Source: Candidatus Helarchaeota ASGARD archaeon Hel_GB_B (GTDB lineage Archaea > Asgardarchaeota > Lokiarchaeia > Helarchaeales > HEL-GB-B). Taken from it: 9,932 nt of DNA. The stretch is taken from positions 1-9,932 of the forward strand of contig SUPR01000111.1 in assembly GCA_005191425.1 (NCBI GenBank), given 5' to 3'. This document shows, piece after piece, positions 7,896-9,932 of this stretch (its first letter is position 1; each line of letters opens with the position of its first letter). The notes beneath the pieces are model-generated. The model was not told the DNA's origin, ran no database searches, and saw nothing but the letters and a program-made list of their open reading frames with translations. A program made the translations under genes and the position numbers.

Positions 7896-8594
7896 TTGGC
7901 AAATAAAAAATGGCTATCTCTTAGGGGTACAGGAACTGATTTAGAAGTAATTGAGGAAAAAGATGACGAATGGGGTTCTGTTACTACAAAAAAGACGGAA
8001 TTTATAGAATCTCCATCTGGCGATTATTATAAAATTACAATCACATATGAAATGAATGGAATTTGGGAACAATTAACGGAGAAAAAGGGCCAAAAATTTG
8101 TCCAAATAGAAATTCCAAATGGTGGTTTAATGTTAGATATGCCTGGATGTCCTCAAATACCACAAGAGGGGCTATTGATCGCATTACCACATAATGCAGA
8201 AGTAATAGACGTTTCAATTACAGAATCTCAATTTAAGACCCACCAAATCGAAAATGAATTAATCCCAATATCTAAGCCCACCAGAGATACTCCTCTTGAA
8301 TTAACCAAAAATAAAACTTATGACCTAGACGAATTTTTTCCAGGTAATTTATTTAAAAACATAGGTTTACAAAAAATCGGCGATATTAAGGTATTACAAC
8401 TTATTGTATATCCCGTACAATATAACCCAATCTCACGCCAACTTAGAATATATTCCAAGATCATATTTGAAATCAAATATAAAAAGAAAAAATCAAAATT
8501 TCGTGGTGGGCTAAGGAGTGGTAGTGAAAAACCAAGGCGTAAACGCATCCCAGAAATTTATAAAGATAGTCTATTAAATTTAGAAAATATATAA
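7896..8594 (+). CDS. Stand-alone peptidase C25 (gingipain) propeptide-domain protein
   Basis: 232 aa, TTG start with an imperfect RBS AAGTGA at 7885-7890. Propeptide_C25-like motifs: IEIPNGG...PGCPQIP...LIALP, YDLDEFFPG, IGDIKVLQLIVYPVQYNPISRQLRIYSKIIFEIKY. It aligns by eye end to end with the prodomain of the next gene. No catalytic domain and no hydrophobic signal peptide. Confidence 0.85.
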   Translation: MANKKWLSLRGTGTDLEVIEEKDDEWGSVTTKKTEFIESPSGDYYKITITYEMNGIWEQLTEKKGQKFVQIEIPNGGLMLDMPGCPQIPQEGLLIALPHNAEVIDVSITESQFKTHQIENELIPISKPTRDTPLELTKNKTYDLDEFFPGNLFKNIGLQKIGDIKVLQLIVYPVQYNPISRQLRIYSKIIFEIKYKKKKSKFRGGLRSGSEKPRRKRIPEIYKDSLLNLENI

Positions 8595-8598
8595 TTTT

Positions 8599-8603
8599 GA
8601 GGT
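8599..8603 (+). promoter_or_regulatory. Shine-Dalgarno site (GAGGT) for the C25 peptidase gene
   Basis: TAAttttGAGGTttgaaaATG: the motif sits between the upstream stop (8594) and the ATG at 8610. Confidence 0.7.
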
Positions 8604-8609
8604 TTGAAA

Positions 8610-9932
8610 ATGATAAAAAATGCAAGATGGTTTCCTTTTCAAGAAAAAGATGAAGATTATGAGGTCGTAGAGACTAAGGATTATGGTAAAATCCCTTCCT
8701 CACCTTTTAGAAAATTAAGGTCAATTCAAACATCTGCTAAAGAATTTAGGTCCGCTGAAAATATCTATAAAGTAAATGTAATTTATCGTCCTAAAGGTGT
8801 CTGGTACAAAAAATTTGAGGAACAATCTCAAATCAGAGCAAAAAAAGATACTATATTCACAGATTTATTAATGCCAAGTGGGGGCGCTATTTTAGAGACT
8901 GGTGCTCCAATGCTACCAACTGAAGGACTTTTTGTAGCTTTACCACCGGGCACTACCTTTAAAGAACTCAAAATAGTAAATTATGTTGAACGGAAATTTC
9001 CCGAGCCTATCGATGTCTTACCAGCCCCAAAACCTACTAAAGATAATGGTAAAGATTGGGTAACTCCAGAATTTGAGCCTAATGAAAAAATATATTCAAG
9101 TGATGAATTATTTCCAGAAAATTTAGTCGAAATAATATCCACTGAAAACAAAATGGGTGATGTCTCAATAGTACATCTAATGATTTATCCTATGCGTTAT
9201 CGCCCAAAATCGAGAGAACTAATTGCTTATAGCAAAATAGAATTAGATGTATATTATACTCCCGCTCCTAAGTCTGGTAGGCGATTTAGAGGTGGTGCTG
9301 GTATAGGTAGAACTTTACCTAGAAGAGCACCTAGACAAACAGTAAGAAAAGAAATACAATCTGAAATTCTAAATTTGGATTCTGTCAATGAAGATACCGC
9401 TTTTGATTCTGATGGCGAAATGGGTATTATGACTGACGGCGGAGAATTTGATGAAGTTATCCCCGAAGAATTTGGACCATTATCTGATCTTAATAATTTT
9501 GGACGATATCTTATTATTACAAAGCCTGATTTAATTAAAGCTTTAGAGCCATTTATAAAATTAAAAGAAAAAGATTATTCTGTTAAAGTAGTAACTGATG
9601 TGGAAATTTATAAGGAATTTGGGAATAAAAAGGACGTTGCAATCCGGAACTTTCTTAGATATGCTTATGATAATTGGGAAGACCCGCCAGAATTTGTCCT
9701 CCTAGTCGGCGATGTTAACCGTATTCCTACACACCATGACCCAGATTATAATTGCGCCTCTGACCATTATTATGCTTGTCTAACTGATTCTGTTTATCCT
9801 GATATTCTTGTCGGAAGAATCGCAATTGATGATGCTACTGGATTAAAAAGATATTTTGAAAAAGTGCTCAAATTTGATAAATTGACATCAAAAGTTAAAC
9901 CAAAAGACTGGCAATTAAGAGTACTCTTGACT
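8610..9932 (+). CDS. Peptidase C25 (gingipain-like, clan CD) zymogen: propeptide, linker and start of catalytic domain; 3' end lies outside the window
   Basis: Manual translation from ATG 8610 (MIKNARWFPFQEKDEDYEVV...) gives 441 codons with no stop. Prodomain motifs: MPSGG...GAPMLP...FVALP, YSSDELFPEN, MGDVSIVHLMIYPMRYRPKSRELIAYSKIELDVYY. C25 catalytic-domain motifs: YLIIT (from 9507, Y300), IRNFLRYAYDNW, FVLLVGD (9693-9713), SDHYYA, PDILVGRI. The His/Cys dyad would lie beyond the window. Confidence 0.9.
   Translation, partial: MIKNARWFPFQEKDEDYEVVETKDYGKIPSSPFRKLRSIQTSAKEFRSAENIYKVNVIYRPKGVWYKKFEEQSQIRAKKDTIFTDLLMPSGGAILETGAPMLPTEGLFVALPPGTTFKELKIVNYVERKFPEPIDVLPAPKPTKDNGKDWVTPEFEPNEKIYSSDELFPENLVEIISTENKMGDVSIVHLMIYPMRYRPKSRELIAYSKIELDVYYTPAPKSGRRFRGGAGIGRTLPRRAPRQTVRKEIQSEILNLDSVNEDTAFDSDGEMGIMTDGGEFDEVIPEEFGPLSDLNNFGRYLIITKPDLIKALEPFIKLKEKDYSVKVVTDVEIYKEFGNKKDVAIRNFLRYAYDNWEDPPEFVLLVGDVNRIPTHHDPDYNCASDHYYACLTDSVYPDILVGRIAIDDATGLKRYFEKVLKFDKLTSKVKPKDWQLRVLLT

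Noticed and set aside
7459-8548. ORF-track entries 7459..7653 (-) and 8318..8548 (-)
   Set aside because: Antisense shadows of the HIT and propeptide genes.
8592-8612. The propeptide gene and the C25 gene are in the same frame, suggesting one double-prodomain protein via readthrough or a sequencing error
   Set aside because: Two in-frame stops (TAA TTT TGA) separate them, there is a GAGGT RBS before ATG 8610, and the second protein has its own N-terminus homologous to the first.

Overview
AT-rich, gene-dense chromosomal segment that is almost certainly archaeal: it carries an archaea-specific ASH-Ski2/COG1202 helicase and GGAG/AGGTG/GAGGT-type ribosome-binding sites. The lineage cannot be fixed from this window. 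Gene order: (1) ASH-Ski2 helicase, minus strand, <1..2065, running off the left edge and missing from the ORF track; (2) YgiQ/UPF0313 radical SAM protein; (3) a minus-strand two-gene operon of an MSMEG_0568-like radical SAM protein and an acyl-CoA synthetase (ADP-forming) alpha-subunit homologue whose phospho-histidine loop appears deleted; (4) a ~690-bp AT-rich spacer with a possible decayed gene; (5) a HIT hydrolase; (6) a stand-alone peptidase C25 (gingipain) propeptide gene followed 15 nt later by a full C25 zymogen gene (8610..>9932, also missing from the ORF track). The two best candidates for an undescribed system are the free-prodomain + signal-peptide-less gingipain-like protease pair, and the radical SAM + His-less CoA-binding pseudo-ligase pair. 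No tRNA, rRNA, CRISPR array or mobile element was seen. All family calls come from manual translation and remembered motifs; no database search was run.
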